A DNA stretch of 64,000 bases. It comes from a virus. The translations under genes and the position numbers were made by a program. Location of the stretch: IMG/VR virus record IMGVR_UViG_3300045988_159816, one strand, 5' to 3'. This document shows, in pieces, positions 29,414 through 38,176 of the stretch. The notes beneath the pieces were generated by a model that saw only the letters and a program-made list of their open reading frames with translations, did no database searches and had not been told where the DNA came from. Position 1 is the first letter of the stretch, and each line of letters begins with the position of its first letter.

Positions 29414-31245
29414 AAAAAATTTCTCGCCAGCAAGATGTAACAGTAGCTAATGTTTTAAGATGTTTAAATGAATTAAATGATGAAAATATGGTTTATGTCG
29501 GAACAGAACCTCCGGAAGAAGTTAAAAAAGGATTAATATGGGTAAATCCAGAAGAAATAACAGAAGAACCTGAAAAAATTTATGTTGGTCATATGGTTGG
29601 GGATATCTATCCTGTTAGTTATACCGAATTAGAATCGGGTCAATTAGTATTAAAAGGTCAGTTAGTTAGTCGTGAAATTTATGGTGTATTATGGGCATGG
29701 TTGCAAAAACACCCTAGTTTACTAATAACAGAACAAGAATATACCGAATATTTAAATTCCTCAGAAAATTTATGTTGTCCTTATTTTAGCACAGGAACAA
29801 CAGAAAATAATTTCAGATTACCTAATTATAATGGCGTATTCTTTAAAGCAACTAATGATACTTCTAAAATTAACGAATTTGAAACTGATAAACAGAGAAA
29901 TATAACTGGTAGCTATGTTCAACTAGCTACCAGTTGGGATGATGGTGGAAGAGGTGTAATATCATTTTCAATGTCAGGAGCTTATTCTTCTACAGATGGT
30001 GGTACAACTAATGACAGTATACATCAGGATCCCAGTGATAGGACAGGTATAACAATAGATTTCGACGCCTCTCGTTCCGTCGGAACTGAGCACACTGGCA
30101 GCGAAGTTAAACCTAAAAGTCTTAATCAGGTATGGGTAGTTCAAGCTTTCGGAGTAATCACTAATGCAAGTTCCCTTGATATCTCTGTTTTAGAACAACA
30201 AATACAACAAATTACAGATTATAGCAATTATGAAGTTTCGTGTATTAAGAATAATCCAGTTTATTACAATAGAGATCAATTATTTTATTCTAATAAAACA
30301 AATATCACAATTCCAAAAAATCTAAAAATAAACATTGATGGAGAATGTTATATAAGTACCATTAATAAAGTTCTTCAATTATCCACTGTAGACACTCCTC
30401 AAAATTTAGCCGGGAAAGATGTTTACATTTATGCTTGTAAACCTCAAGATATTTCTTCTACAGAGCCAATTTTCATTTTGTCTTTAAATAGTACAGTGCC
30501 CACAGGTTATACTGCAAGTTCTAGCCGTAAAATAGGTGGATTTCATTGTTTATGTGCAGATGTTGGTACAATAGATGGACATACTTTATCCGGATATGTT
30601 ACTGGAGATATTTTACCCGCATCAATTTGGGATTTACTACACAGACCTAAAGGAGATTCAGAAGGACTTGCTTATGATGAAGTTTCTGAATGTTGGTTAA
30701 GTATTTATCAATTAAGTTGGGACGGCACTAAATTAGTCAGTGTTTATAATGGAGTTATTGCAGATGGTACTTCAACTAAAAAATGGCATGGTGAAGCTTT
30801 TATTGAACAATTAATGAATCAAAAAATGCGATTACCTTGGCGACATGAATTTCAGATGGCGGCAAAAGGAAGTAATGAAGGAACATCAATTAAGAATGCA
30901 GCAGATCCTAATACTACAGGTGGTCATGTAGATAGTAACAATAGAAGAATGATTAGTAATATTGGATTAGAAGATTGTTGTGGCTGTTCTTGGCAATGGG
31001 CTATGGATTTAGGCTTTGCAGGGGGATCAGGATGGAATGATTCTGTTTATAATTCCAATGTTGATTCTCAAAGATATGGTCAGTCTTATGGTACTTTATA
31101 TCGTTTGCTCCTGGGCGCTTGCTGGTATAGCGGTTCGTATTGCGGTTCTCGTTCTGTCGCTTGTCATTCTGGCTCGTCTAGTGTCATTTCCGCTTACTCT
31201 GCGCGCGGTGCGTCGGAGCCGAGGGTTGTCACGAATTTAAACTAA
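29410..31245 (+). CDS. tail fiber and receptor-binding protein, the DGR target
   Basis: N-terminal tail-collar motif (YPVSYTELESGQLVLKGQLVSREIYGVLW). The C-terminal 38 codons form the variable repeat, a Cys/Ser/Tyr-rich lectin-like tail. Confidence 0.8.
   Translation: MKKISRQQDVTVANVLRCLNELNDENMVYVGTEPPEEVKKGLIWVNPEEITEEPEKIYVGHMVGDIYPVSYTELESGQLVLKGQLVSREIYGVLWAWLQKHPSLLITEQEYTEYLNSSENLCCPYFSTGTTENNFRLPNYNGVFFKATNDTSKINEFETDKQRNITGSYVQLATSWDDGGRGVISFSMSGAYSSTDGGTTNDSIHQDPSDRTGITIDFDASRSVGTEHTGSEVKPKSLNQVWVVQAFGVITNASSLDISVLEQQIQQITDYSNYEVSCIKNNPVYYNRDQLFYSNKTNITIPKNLKINIDGECYISTINKVLQLSTVDTPQNLAGKDVYIYACKPQDISSTEPIFILSLNSTVPTGYTASSSRKIGGFHCLCADVGTIDGHTLSGYVTGDILPASIWDLLHRPKGDSEGLAYDEVSECWLSIYQLSWDGTKLVSVYNGVIADGTSTKKWHGEAFIEQLMNQKMRLPWRHEFQMAAKGSNEGTSIKNAADPNTTGGHVDSNNRRMISNIGLEDCCGCSWQWAMDLGFAGGSGWNDSVYNSNVDSQRYGQSYGTLYRLLLGACWYSGSYCGSRSVACHSGSSSVISAYSARGASEPRVVTNLN
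31103..31217 (+). repeat. DGR variable repeat
   Basis: 115 bp matching the template repeat except at 20 positions, all of which are A in the template. Confidence 0.9.
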
Positions 31246-31278
31246 TGACCGAGGGAACTATTTTACGAGGAAAACGGT

Positions 31279-31300
31279 GGCTAGTATGAAATACTAGCCA
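31279..31300 (+). promoter_or_regulatory. hairpin downstream of the variable repeat (candidate DGR homing element)
   Basis: ggctagtat-GAAA-atactagcc, a 9-bp stem with a 4-nt loop, about 35 nt after the stop. Confidence 0.5.
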
Positions 31301-31368
31301 AAGCTAACTTTTTAGTGTATAATATTAATTAGGTTAATGTATTTTTCAGTAGCTGGCGGTTTTTTCGG

Positions 31369-31483
31369 GTTTGCTCATGGGCGCTAACTGGAATAACAGT
31401 TCGAATTGCAGTTCTCGTTCTGTCAATTGTAATAATGGCTCGTCTAATGTCAATTCCAATTACTCTGCACGCAGTACGTCGGA
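31369..31483 (+). repeat. DGR template repeat
   Basis: Intergenic copy of the variable repeat, rich in AAC and AAT codons in the corresponding frame. Confidence 0.9.
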
Positions 31484-31593
31484 TACGGGGAAAATTAGCA
31501 GGTGCGGCTAACCCTCGGCTGATACATTGACCTTGCTGAAAAGCAAAATACGAAAAAGGGTGAAGCAGTGGTTAGTAGTTAATTCGAACGTCA

Positions 31594-32640
31594 TTGCTTC
31601 AATTTTTAATAATGAAAAGACATAATAATTTATTTGACAAAATTGTAGACAAGGATAATCTTTTGTTAGCGTATAAAAAAGCTAAAAAACATAAAAGCTG
31701 GCAACAAAAAGTTATTCGTGTTGAAAAAGATTTGGATAATTTAATTGAAGAATTAAGATTAAGTCTAATTAATGGTACTTACAAAACAGCTGAATACAGA
31801 ACAAAGAAAATTTATGAACCAAAAGAAAGAACAATTTATGTACTTCCATTTTATCCAGATCGCATTGTTCATCACGCTATAATGAATATTTTAGAACCTA
31901 TATGGGATAACCTTTTTATTTCTGATAGTTATGCTTGTAGAAATGGTAAAGGTCAACATAAAGGAAGTCAAAAATGTATGGAATTTGTTCGCAAAAATAA
32001 GTATTGTTTAAAATGTGATATTAGTAAATTTTATCCATCTATAAATCATGAAATATTAAAATTAATTATTCGTAAGAAAATAAAATGTAAACGCACTTTA
32101 AATTTATTAGATACCATTATTGATAGTATTGATGGAGAAACAAATATTCCTATTGGTAATTATCTTAGTCAATGGTTTGGAAATTTATATTTAAACGAAT
32201 TAGATATGTTTATGAAACATGATAATAAAATTAAATGTTATATTCGTTATTGTGATGATTTTCTTTTATTTTCTAATGATAAAGCTTTATTAAAAGAAAT
32301 GGCTATTAAAATCAAAGATTATGTTGAAAATATTTTAAAATTAAGATTAAGTAAATGTAATTTATTCCCGACTTCTCAGGGAATAGATTTTTTAGGTTAT
32401 AGGCATTTTTCGTCTGGATATATTCTTGTTCGTAAAACTACAGCTAAAAGAATGAAGAAAAGAATCCGGAGATTAAAATGGGAATTGGCTAAAAAGAAAA
32501 TTACTAATGATAGAGCTTTATCTGTTATTGGAAGTATTTCGGGCTGGTTAAAATGGGCTAATACATATAACCTTCAAATATCCTTACAACTAAATGAATT
32601 AAAAGAATCTATAGGAGGTTCTGTTAATGAACAAATTTAG
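31594..32640 (+). CDS. DGR reverse transcriptase
   Basis: Motifs IGNYLSQ (the DGR-type IGxxxSQ) and RYCDDFLLF (YxDD). About 340 aa. The true start may be the ATG at 31612. Confidence 0.9.
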   Translation: MLQFLIMKRHNNLFDKIVDKDNLLLAYKKAKKHKSWQQKVIRVEKDLDNLIEELRLSLINGTYKTAEYRTKKIYEPKERTIYVLPFYPDRIVHHAIMNILEPIWDNLFISDSYACRNGKGQHKGSQKCMEFVRKNKYCLKCDISKFYPSINHEILKLIIRKKIKCKRTLNLLDTIIDSIDGETNIPIGNYLSQWFGNLYLNELDMFMKHDNKIKCYIRYCDDFLLFSNDKALLKEMAIKIKDYVENILKLRLSKCNLFPTSQGIDFLGYRHFSSGYILVRKTTAKRMKKRIRRLKWELAKKKITNDRALSVIGSISGWLKWANTYNLQISLQLNELKESIGGSVNEQI

Positions 32641-32908
32641 TGATTTTGCCGAAGAAAAATTTATCGGCGAAAAGATTAAAATATCAAAAGTGTTGAATAA
32701 AGAAATTAAAGTTTTAGCTTTTCAAGTTAAGAAAAGTAAAATTGAAAAAGATGGTTTTTATATTCAAATGCAAATAGAAGTAGACGATGAAAGAAAAGTC
32801 TTATTTACTAATTCAAGTGTATTAAAAGACCAACTTGAAAAGTATAAAGATAACCTTCCATTTATCACTACTATTATCCAACCAAAGAAATATTTTTCAT
32901 TTAGTTAG
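32627..32908 (+). CDS. hypothetical basic protein (possible DGR accessory protein)
   Basis: Lys-rich 93 aa directly after the reverse transcriptase. Function not shown. Confidence 0.45.
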   Translation: MNKFSDFAEEKFIGEKIKISKVLNKEIKVLAFQVKKSKIEKDGFYIQMQIEVDDERKVLFTNSSVLKDQLEKYKDNLPFITTIIQPKKYFSFS

Positions 32909-32918
32909 GAGGATTATT

Positions 32919-33218
32919 ATGTATGGCTATCCAAAAGCACTAAAAACAAAAGAAGATTATGAATATGTTCGTAATTATTTTCCAAAAGAACTTTGGAAAA
33001 AAGATTTTCAGGCTTTATTAGATACTCAATATGATTGGTTTTTTATTGATAAACTACTAAAAAATGAAGAGGTTGTTTTAAAGAAAAATCAAAGAATTGA
33101 GTATAATGAAGAATTAGATGAAAGATACTTATACGAATATAAGTATAATCCTAATTGTAAATTAGCTACTATTGGTTATTCAGAAGAAGAAGTACAATCA
33201 ATTTTACAGGAGGATTAA
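32919..33218 (+). CDS. hypothetical protein
   Basis: ATG after AGGAGG. Trimmed from the track ORF starting at 32835. Confidence 0.5.
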   Translation: MYGYPKALKTKEDYEYVRNYFPKELWKKDFQALLDTQYDWFFIDKLLKNEEVVLKKNQRIEYNEELDERYLYEYKYNPNCKLATIGYSEEEVQSILQED

Positions 33219-33220
33219 TC

Positions 33221-34825
33221 ATGGCAGATGTAAAAATTTATGACGGCGAAAAATTTGTAAACTTTAACATATCAAATGGTATTGAATTACCTGTAGGATT
33301 TGAATACTATGTACCTTATTCAGAATTAGATAGTGGTCAATTAATTCGTGATGGACAAATTGTAAGTCGTAGTGTTTATAAAGATTTATGGGATTTTGTT
33401 CAAAAGCATCCGTCTTTATTATTGACCGAGGAACAATGGCAAGCTGAATTATCTGCTAATGAAGGAATAGTAAATAATTATTATTCTTCGGGTGATGGTT
33501 CAACTACTTTTAGATTACCTAAAGCTGGAGTTATTGAATTACCTGTTATCACAGCTGAAGGACTTAATAAATTTAGTACGGATAGTTTTAAATCTCATAA
33601 TCACGAAAATATAACAGAGCCTATTAGTGGAAAAATATTAAATCCTATATATTGGAATACTACTGATAATGGTGCAATATTAAATAACGCAAATATTAAA
33701 TCTCAAAACTCTGGCTCTCTTACTCCTTATTTTGCGCCACTATCAGGAACTAATATAACTAATGTTGGAGGAACAGAAACTAAACCTAAAACAATAACTA
33801 AATTAGCTGTAGTTCAAGCCTTTGGTAGAGTTATAAATACAGGTACTTTAGATATTAATGATTTGGTAAACGATGTAAATAACTTAATTCAATCTAATCA
33901 TATTAAAACCTATACAGATTTAACTCAAATTGGCTTAACTAATGGAATTGAGCAATTCCAGGATATTGGTAAAAACTTGCCTGAAAATTCTCAAATAACT
34001 TATCGAGTTTGGGAGAAAGATAATCATAATCACGTCCTTTATCCTAGTATAAGTGGAATATTCACAATGGAAAAAGCAATAACATTTTGCAGATGTTTTT
34101 ATAATAGTATAACACCTAATAAACAATGGCAAATGGCTTTTGATTATCGTGATGAATTTTACATTGAACCAACTTGGGAATTATTAGCAAAAAATAATAA
34201 ATTGAGTATGCCTTCTAATAACAAGATAATTATTAATTTAAAAAATCAGGGAGATTCCTGGACAGCTCCCTGTGATGGTTATATATGGGGAATGAAAATT
34301 GGGGGTAGTGATGTTGTAAACAGTTGGTTAAATGTTTGGGACTCTACTGATGCAGATACAAGTAATTATGGCACTTTGATTTATTGTGATTATGGTCAAC
34401 CATATATTAATTTATGCGGTAATTTAGCTGTACGAAAAGGGCAAACTGTTTATTTTAACTGGAATAATAATTGTAGAGTATATTTTTATCCAGCTTTAAA
34501 TAATAATATGCCTGTTTATGGTGAGGATGTAAGAATTTACATCAAAGCTATTAATATAAATGGTTATCCAGTTAAGGGAGCTAATGTTGAGATAACAATA
34601 TCTTCTGGCCATACAGAAAATGGAAAAACTAATAATGATGGTAGATATTTACTATCCTACGCTGGTTATAAGAAGATAAAAAATGCAAATATAAGTTCAG
34701 GCGATATGCCTAAAGTGATGGATGTTAAAGTATCAAGCAACGAAGGAAGTGACGTACTCACACTTTATAATTTAGAAGAATTACAAGAAAATAAAATTTA
34801 TGATTTAGAAATACACATTGTATAA
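33221..34825 (+). CDS. tail fiber protein with a tail-collar domain
   Basis: The motifs YSELDSGQLIRDGQIVSRSVYKDLWDFV and GDGSTTFRLPK match the collar domain. Confidence 0.65.
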   Translation: MADVKIYDGEKFVNFNISNGIELPVGFEYYVPYSELDSGQLIRDGQIVSRSVYKDLWDFVQKHPSLLLTEEQWQAELSANEGIVNNYYSSGDGSTTFRLPKAGVIELPVITAEGLNKFSTDSFKSHNHENITEPISGKILNPIYWNTTDNGAILNNANIKSQNSGSLTPYFAPLSGTNITNVGGTETKPKTITKLAVVQAFGRVINTGTLDINDLVNDVNNLIQSNHIKTYTDLTQIGLTNGIEQFQDIGKNLPENSQITYRVWEKDNHNHVLYPSISGIFTMEKAITFCRCFYNSITPNKQWQMAFDYRDEFYIEPTWELLAKNNKLSMPSNNKIIINLKNQGDSWTAPCDGYIWGMKIGGSDVVNSWLNVWDSTDADTSNYGTLIYCDYGQPYINLCGNLAVRKGQTVYFNWNNNCRVYFYPALNNNMPVYGEDVRIYIKAININGYPVKGANVEITISSGHTENGKTNNDGRYLLSYAGYKKIKNANISSGDMPKVMDVKVSSNEGSDVLTLYNLEELQENKIYDLEIHIV

Positions 34826-34837
34826 TTATAATAAAGC

Positions 34838-34866
34838 TTGACAAAATAAAAGAAATATACTATAAT
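34838..34866 (+). promoter_or_regulatory. promoter of the lysis cassette (TTGACA-17-TATAAT)
   Basis: Consensus hexamers with a 17-nt spacer. Confidence 0.6.
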
Positions 34867-34879
34867 TAAGGAGTATAAG

Positions 34880-35209
34880 ATGAAAGATAAAATACTTAAC
34901 TGGTTTAAAAAATTGGTTGAAAATACACCACAATTAATAGGTAACAAATACATTAAGTATATAGCTTTCTACCTTATATTGGTGTATCTCGGCTTTACTG
35001 TAATGTTTGTTTACGGATGGATACATAACCTAAATGTAACAAATGAAGCAGACTTGCCGATAATTATTTCATTTTTGACTTTCTTTGTAAGTGGGTCAAC
35101 TGTTTATGCTATTACATTTTTAGCTAAATTATTTATTGATAAAAATAATAATGGCATATCAGATATTCTTGAAGGAAAGGAGGAAAAAGACAATGGTAAC
35201 TATAAATGA
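34880..35209 (+). CDS. holin (putative)
   Basis: 109 aa with two TM helices and a charged C-terminus, directly upstream of the endolysin. Confidence 0.6.
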   Translation: MKDKILNWFKKLVENTPQLIGNKYIKYIAFYLILVYLGFTVMFVYGWIHNLNVTNEADLPIIISFLTFFVSGSTVYAITFLAKLFIDKNNNGISDILEGKEEKDNGNYK

Positions 35210-35735
35210 AATCATTGCACTTGCCGAAAGGGCTAAAAATGGTGGTATTAATCGAATTTATTGTCATCATACTGGTGGATTATACAAAATGAATAGTGTT
35301 GAAAAAGAACATTATCATATTTGTATTGAAAGTGATGGAACTGTTCGTATTAATGGTGAACTTACAGACTACAAAGAGCATACATGGCATCGAAACAGTA
35401 ATGCTATTGGAATCGCTTTATGTTGTGCTTATGGGGCGACTGTTTATAAAAATCCTGAAAGAATTAATTGGAACGGTTATCCACCAACACCAATTCAAGT
35501 CGAACGGTTAGCCGAGGTAATTTGTTTTATAGCAACTGTTCTAGAAATTCCAATAGACTCAGAGCATGTTATGACTCATGCAGAAATCGCTGATATTGAT
35601 GGTTATGGTCTTTATGGTAATGATCCGGATTTAAGATGGGATTTACTTCTTTTAGACGATCCCGGAACAGGTAGAAAAGATCAGCCCGGCGGCGATGTAA
35701 TTCGTGGATTGGCAATCTGGAAACAAAATAATTGA
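35193..35735 (+). CDS. endolysin, N-acetylmuramoyl-L-alanine amidase (Amidase_2/PGRP fold)
   Basis: Motifs HHTGG, NSNAIGIAL and a C-terminal H/E pattern like T7 lysozyme. ATG after GGAGG. Confidence 0.8.
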   Translation: MVTINEIIALAERAKNGGINRIYCHHTGGLYKMNSVEKEHYHICIESDGTVRINGELTDYKEHTWHRNSNAIGIALCCAYGATVYKNPERINWNGYPPTPIQVERLAEVICFIATVLEIPIDSEHVMTHAEIADIDGYGLYGNDPDLRWDLLLLDDPGTGRKDQPGGDVIRGLAIWKQNN

Positions 35736-35748
35736 GGAGGAATCTAAA

Positions 35749-35868
35749 ATGGAAGAAATTAAAGAATTTTTTGATAAAATAAAAGCTACTTTTAATCGTT
35801 ATCCAAAACTGATCTCCTTTGGACTTGGATTTGCAATCGGAGTTTACTTTACTTGGAAGCAATGGTAA
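35749..35868 (+). CDS. small single-TM protein of 39 aa
   Basis: ORF after GAGGAGG, coupled to the next gene by TAAATG. Confidence 0.35.
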   Translation: MEEIKEFFDKIKATFNRYPKLISFGLGFAIGVYFTWKQW

Positions 35869-36218
35869 ATGAAAAGAAAAATATTTTTCATGCTTTTGTT
35901 GTTTGGTTTATCATTGGGTTTATGTCAGCAGGCTTATGCACAGGATTATTATTTAGTTCCAGCGAAGAAATTCGAAATGCAAGAACAACAAATAGCGCAA
36001 GCGATATCCCTAAACGAACAATCGATAAACAAAATTCTGACGTTGAAAAAACAACGGACGGAATTAAACAACAACTTACAGAAAGCCAATCAGTCAGTAA
36101 TAACATTGGAAAAACAGCAAACGATGTTGAAGACATCTTACGACAACAAAATCAAATACTTAGAGAGTTGCAATCAGACTTTAGAACAGGAGTCCAAAGA
36201 ATACAAAAAGAAGATTAA
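35853..36218 (+). CDS. N-terminal TM plus helical hydrophilic domain protein (i-spanin-like), overlapping 35869..36288 in another frame
   Basis: 121-aa ORF with TM segment FHAFVVWFIIGFMSAGLCTGLLF. The rest is hydrophilic. Confidence 0.35.
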   Translation: MEAMVNEKKNIFHAFVVWFIIGFMSAGLCTGLLFSSSEEIRNARTTNSASDIPKRTIDKQNSDVEKTTDGIKQQLTESQSVSNNIGKTANDVEDILRQQNQILRELQSDFRTGVQRIQKED

Positions 36219-36288
36219 ACAATTAAAAGCTGAAAAAACTTTATTGTATATTGGACTTGGCACTGTTTTATTAATTGCGATATCCTAG
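35869..36288 (+). CDS. secreted or lipoprotein-like coiled-coil protein with a C-terminal TM anchor (u-spanin-like topology)
   Basis: Signal peptide MLLLFGLSLGLC/QQAYA, heptad-repeat middle and a C-terminal hydrophobic LLYIGLGTVLLIAIS. Confidence 0.5.
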   Translation: MKRKIFFMLLLFGLSLGLCQQAYAQDYYLVPAKKFEMQEQQIAQAISLNEQSINKILTLKKQRTELNNNLQKANQSVITLEKQQTMLKTSYDNKIKYLESCNQTLEQESKEYKKKIKQLKAEKTLLYIGLGTVLLIAIS

Positions 36289-36297
36289 GAGGATGTA

Positions 36298-36642
36298 ATG
36301 GAAAATCCAAATAATAAAGATTTGCAGCACCTAGATAAGTATCTAGAGAGGTTAATGCAAAGACAAGATGAAATAGATAAAAAAGCAAAAGACGCTCAAA
36401 TTTATCGGGACTATAATGTAAAGCTTTTAGGTCTTTTGAAAATCATGGTCGTTGGATTTTTATGCTGTATTTTTTTATGCGCTTGTGCAATAGGAATCTC
36501 TTCGGTACTTATTGCTAAAGAATACTTTACTTATGAACAGGGTATTGTCAGAACTGTTACTGAAGATTCTGATACTATTTCCGGCTCTGGAAGCAGTGTT
36601 ATTATGAACAGAAGTAACGGAGCAACAATAAATGGAAAATAG
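36298..36642 (+). CDS. membrane protein
   Basis: Central TM helix. GGAGG RBS. Confidence 0.45.
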   Translation: MENPNNKDLQHLDKYLERLMQRQDEIDKKAKDAQIYRDYNVKLLGLLKIMVVGFLCCIFLCACAIGISSVLIAKEYFTYEQGIVRTVTEDSDTISGSGSSVIMNRSNGATINGK

Positions 36643-37012
36643 AGTAAATTATGAAAAATTAAAAGCTGAAATTCAAAATCTGACTCATAGAATGGATCAG
36701 ATGGAGAAAAGAGCATCCATGTATGAAGAACAATTCCGTGAAACCTCGAAAACTGTGCAATCAATAGATTTTAATGTCAATAATTTATTAAAATTATTCG
36801 ACAAACTTGAATCAAGAATGTCTAACGATCAGGAGATATTACATAAAAGAATAGGTTCTTTAAAACAGGATTTTGAAGATTATCAAATGAAAGATTTAAA
36901 GAATTACTATAACTATAAAAGAGTTATAGTAAACACTGTTCTAACTCTAATTATCGGAGGACTTTTTGGTGGAGTTGTTACAGCCTGGAGAGTCTTCAAG
37001 ATTAATGGTTGA
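36632..37012 (+). CDS. coiled-coil protein with a C-terminal TM anchor
   Basis: ORF. Confidence 0.45.
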   Translation: MENRVNYEKLKAEIQNLTHRMDQMEKRASMYEEQFRETSKTVQSIDFNVNNLLKLFDKLESRMSNDQEILHKRIGSLKQDFEDYQMKDLKNYYNYKRVIVNTVLTLIIGGLFGGVVTAWRVFKING

Positions 37013-37295
37013 ATCAGATTTTAATAAAAAACTCAAAACATTGTCACAAATTGCACTAAAGGTGATCATAAAAGGAACTGGCTTAAAAACGAAAAGTGAA
37101 TTGCTTTTATGGAAATTTTACATAGAAGATAAAACTTATTCCGAAATAGCCGATGACTTAGGAATTGAAATATCTTCAGTTGGCAAAGCCTTATGGAATG
37201 CCAAAAAGGAATTAAAAGAAATCATTAATAATGAAAGGCATTTAATTCCACAGGAAATCCAACCATATATTGAGCTCTTGTTGCAAAAACAATAG
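37005..37295 (+). CDS. sigma-70 region-4-like HTH regulator (ArpU/RinA-like late activator candidate)
   Basis: ...KTYSEIADDLGIEISSVGKALWNAKKELKEII matches a sigma region 4 helix-turn-helix. Confidence 0.5.
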   Translation: MVESDFNKKLKTLSQIALKVIIKGTGLKTKSELLLWKFYIEDKTYSEIADDLGIEISSVGKALWNAKKELKEIINNERHLIPQEIQPYIELLLQKQ

Positions 37296-37310
37296 CAAGG
37301 GAATAAATAG

Positions 37311-37358
37311 ACAAGCTCTTTACATATTTTAGGAAATATGTAGAGGGCTTGTTTTTGT
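37311..37358 (+). terminator. rho-independent terminator
   Basis: 16-bp stem with G-T wobbles (acaagctctttacatat/atatgtagagggcttgt) followed by TTTTTGTT. Confidence 0.65.
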
Positions 37359-37446
37359 TATAATAATTACAGGTAATAACCCCTGCGGGGTGTTAAAAAA
37401 GTTTAATATCGTCCAAATATGGTGGCGGTATAGGGAGGACAAATGT

Positions 37447-37980
37447 ATGTATCCAACTAATTACATGAATCCAATGAATAATCAGCCAATGAGTCCGGAT
37501 TATGGTTATAATCGTATGCAACAAGTACAGCAAATGCAACAAGCAATAAATCCTACTGTTCCAAATATGTTTGGTCAGATGAATCAAATGAATAATATGA
37601 ATCAACAACAGCAAACACCGTATATTTCAGCGATTCCTGTTACTTGTTTAGATGAAGCGAAAGCCGCAAGAATTTCTTTAGATGGCACTTTAAGTGTTTT
37701 TATTAATATTCAAGATGGTGAAATTTATACTAAACAATTAAACATGAATGGTTTGGCAGAATTAAAAACTTATAAATTAGTCAACCCACAAGAAAACAAG
37801 GTTGAATATATTACTTCAGATACCTTTAATGGTTTAGACCAACGTGTTCAAAATATTGAACAATTATTAGCAAGTATAGGAGGAAATAATCATGAATCCA
37901 ATGCAAATGTTACAAGTATTCAACCAAATACGAGCGATGCAAAATCCTCAACAAGGAATGGAGCAAATGTTCGGAAGTAA
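37447..37980 (+). CDS. protein with a Q/N/M-rich low-complexity N-terminus
   Basis: ATG after GGGAGG. The first 70 aa are dominated by Q, N, M and P. Confidence 0.45.
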   Translation: MYPTNYMNPMNNQPMSPDYGYNRMQQVQQMQQAINPTVPNMFGQMNQMNNMNQQQQTPYISAIPVTCLDEAKAARISLDGTLSVFINIQDGEIYTKQLNMNGLAELKTYKLVNPQENKVEYITSDTFNGLDQRVQNIEQLLASIGGNNHESNANVTSIQPNTSDAKSSTRNGANVRK

Positions 37981-38125
37981 TCCAGTATTTCAACAAGCTA
38001 GAAAAATGGCTGAAGGAAAAAGCCCTGAACAAATGAAAGAAACCGTTTTAAATTTAGCTAAAACACAGGGTGTAGATATTCAGCAAATTATGGGTATGTT
38101 AAATCAATTCGGAATTAAAATTTAA
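37892..38125 (+). CDS. small Q/M-rich protein
   Basis: Strong AGGAGG RBS. Overlaps the 3' end of the previous ORF. Confidence 0.45.
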   Translation: MNPMQMLQVFNQIRAMQNPQQGMEQMFGSNPVFQQARKMAEGKSPEQMKETVLNLAKTQGVDIQQIMGMLNQFGIKI

Positions 38126-38176
38126 TAGATGCGCACTGTTAAATTTTGATTTAATAAATTAAGGGAGTGTTCAATT

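Larger units (their letters stand above)
31103..32640 (+). mobile_element. diversity-generating retroelement cassette (variable repeat, template repeat, reverse transcriptase)
   Basis: The repeat pair with an adenine-specific mismatch pattern plus an adjacent reverse transcriptase. Confidence 0.85.

Noticed and set aside
31016-31240. 74-aa plus-strand ORF overlapping the DGR variable repeat
   Set aside because: It is an alternate frame of the tail-fiber 3' end. The tail-fiber frame carries the AAY-codon logic of the DGR, and this ORF has no RBS.
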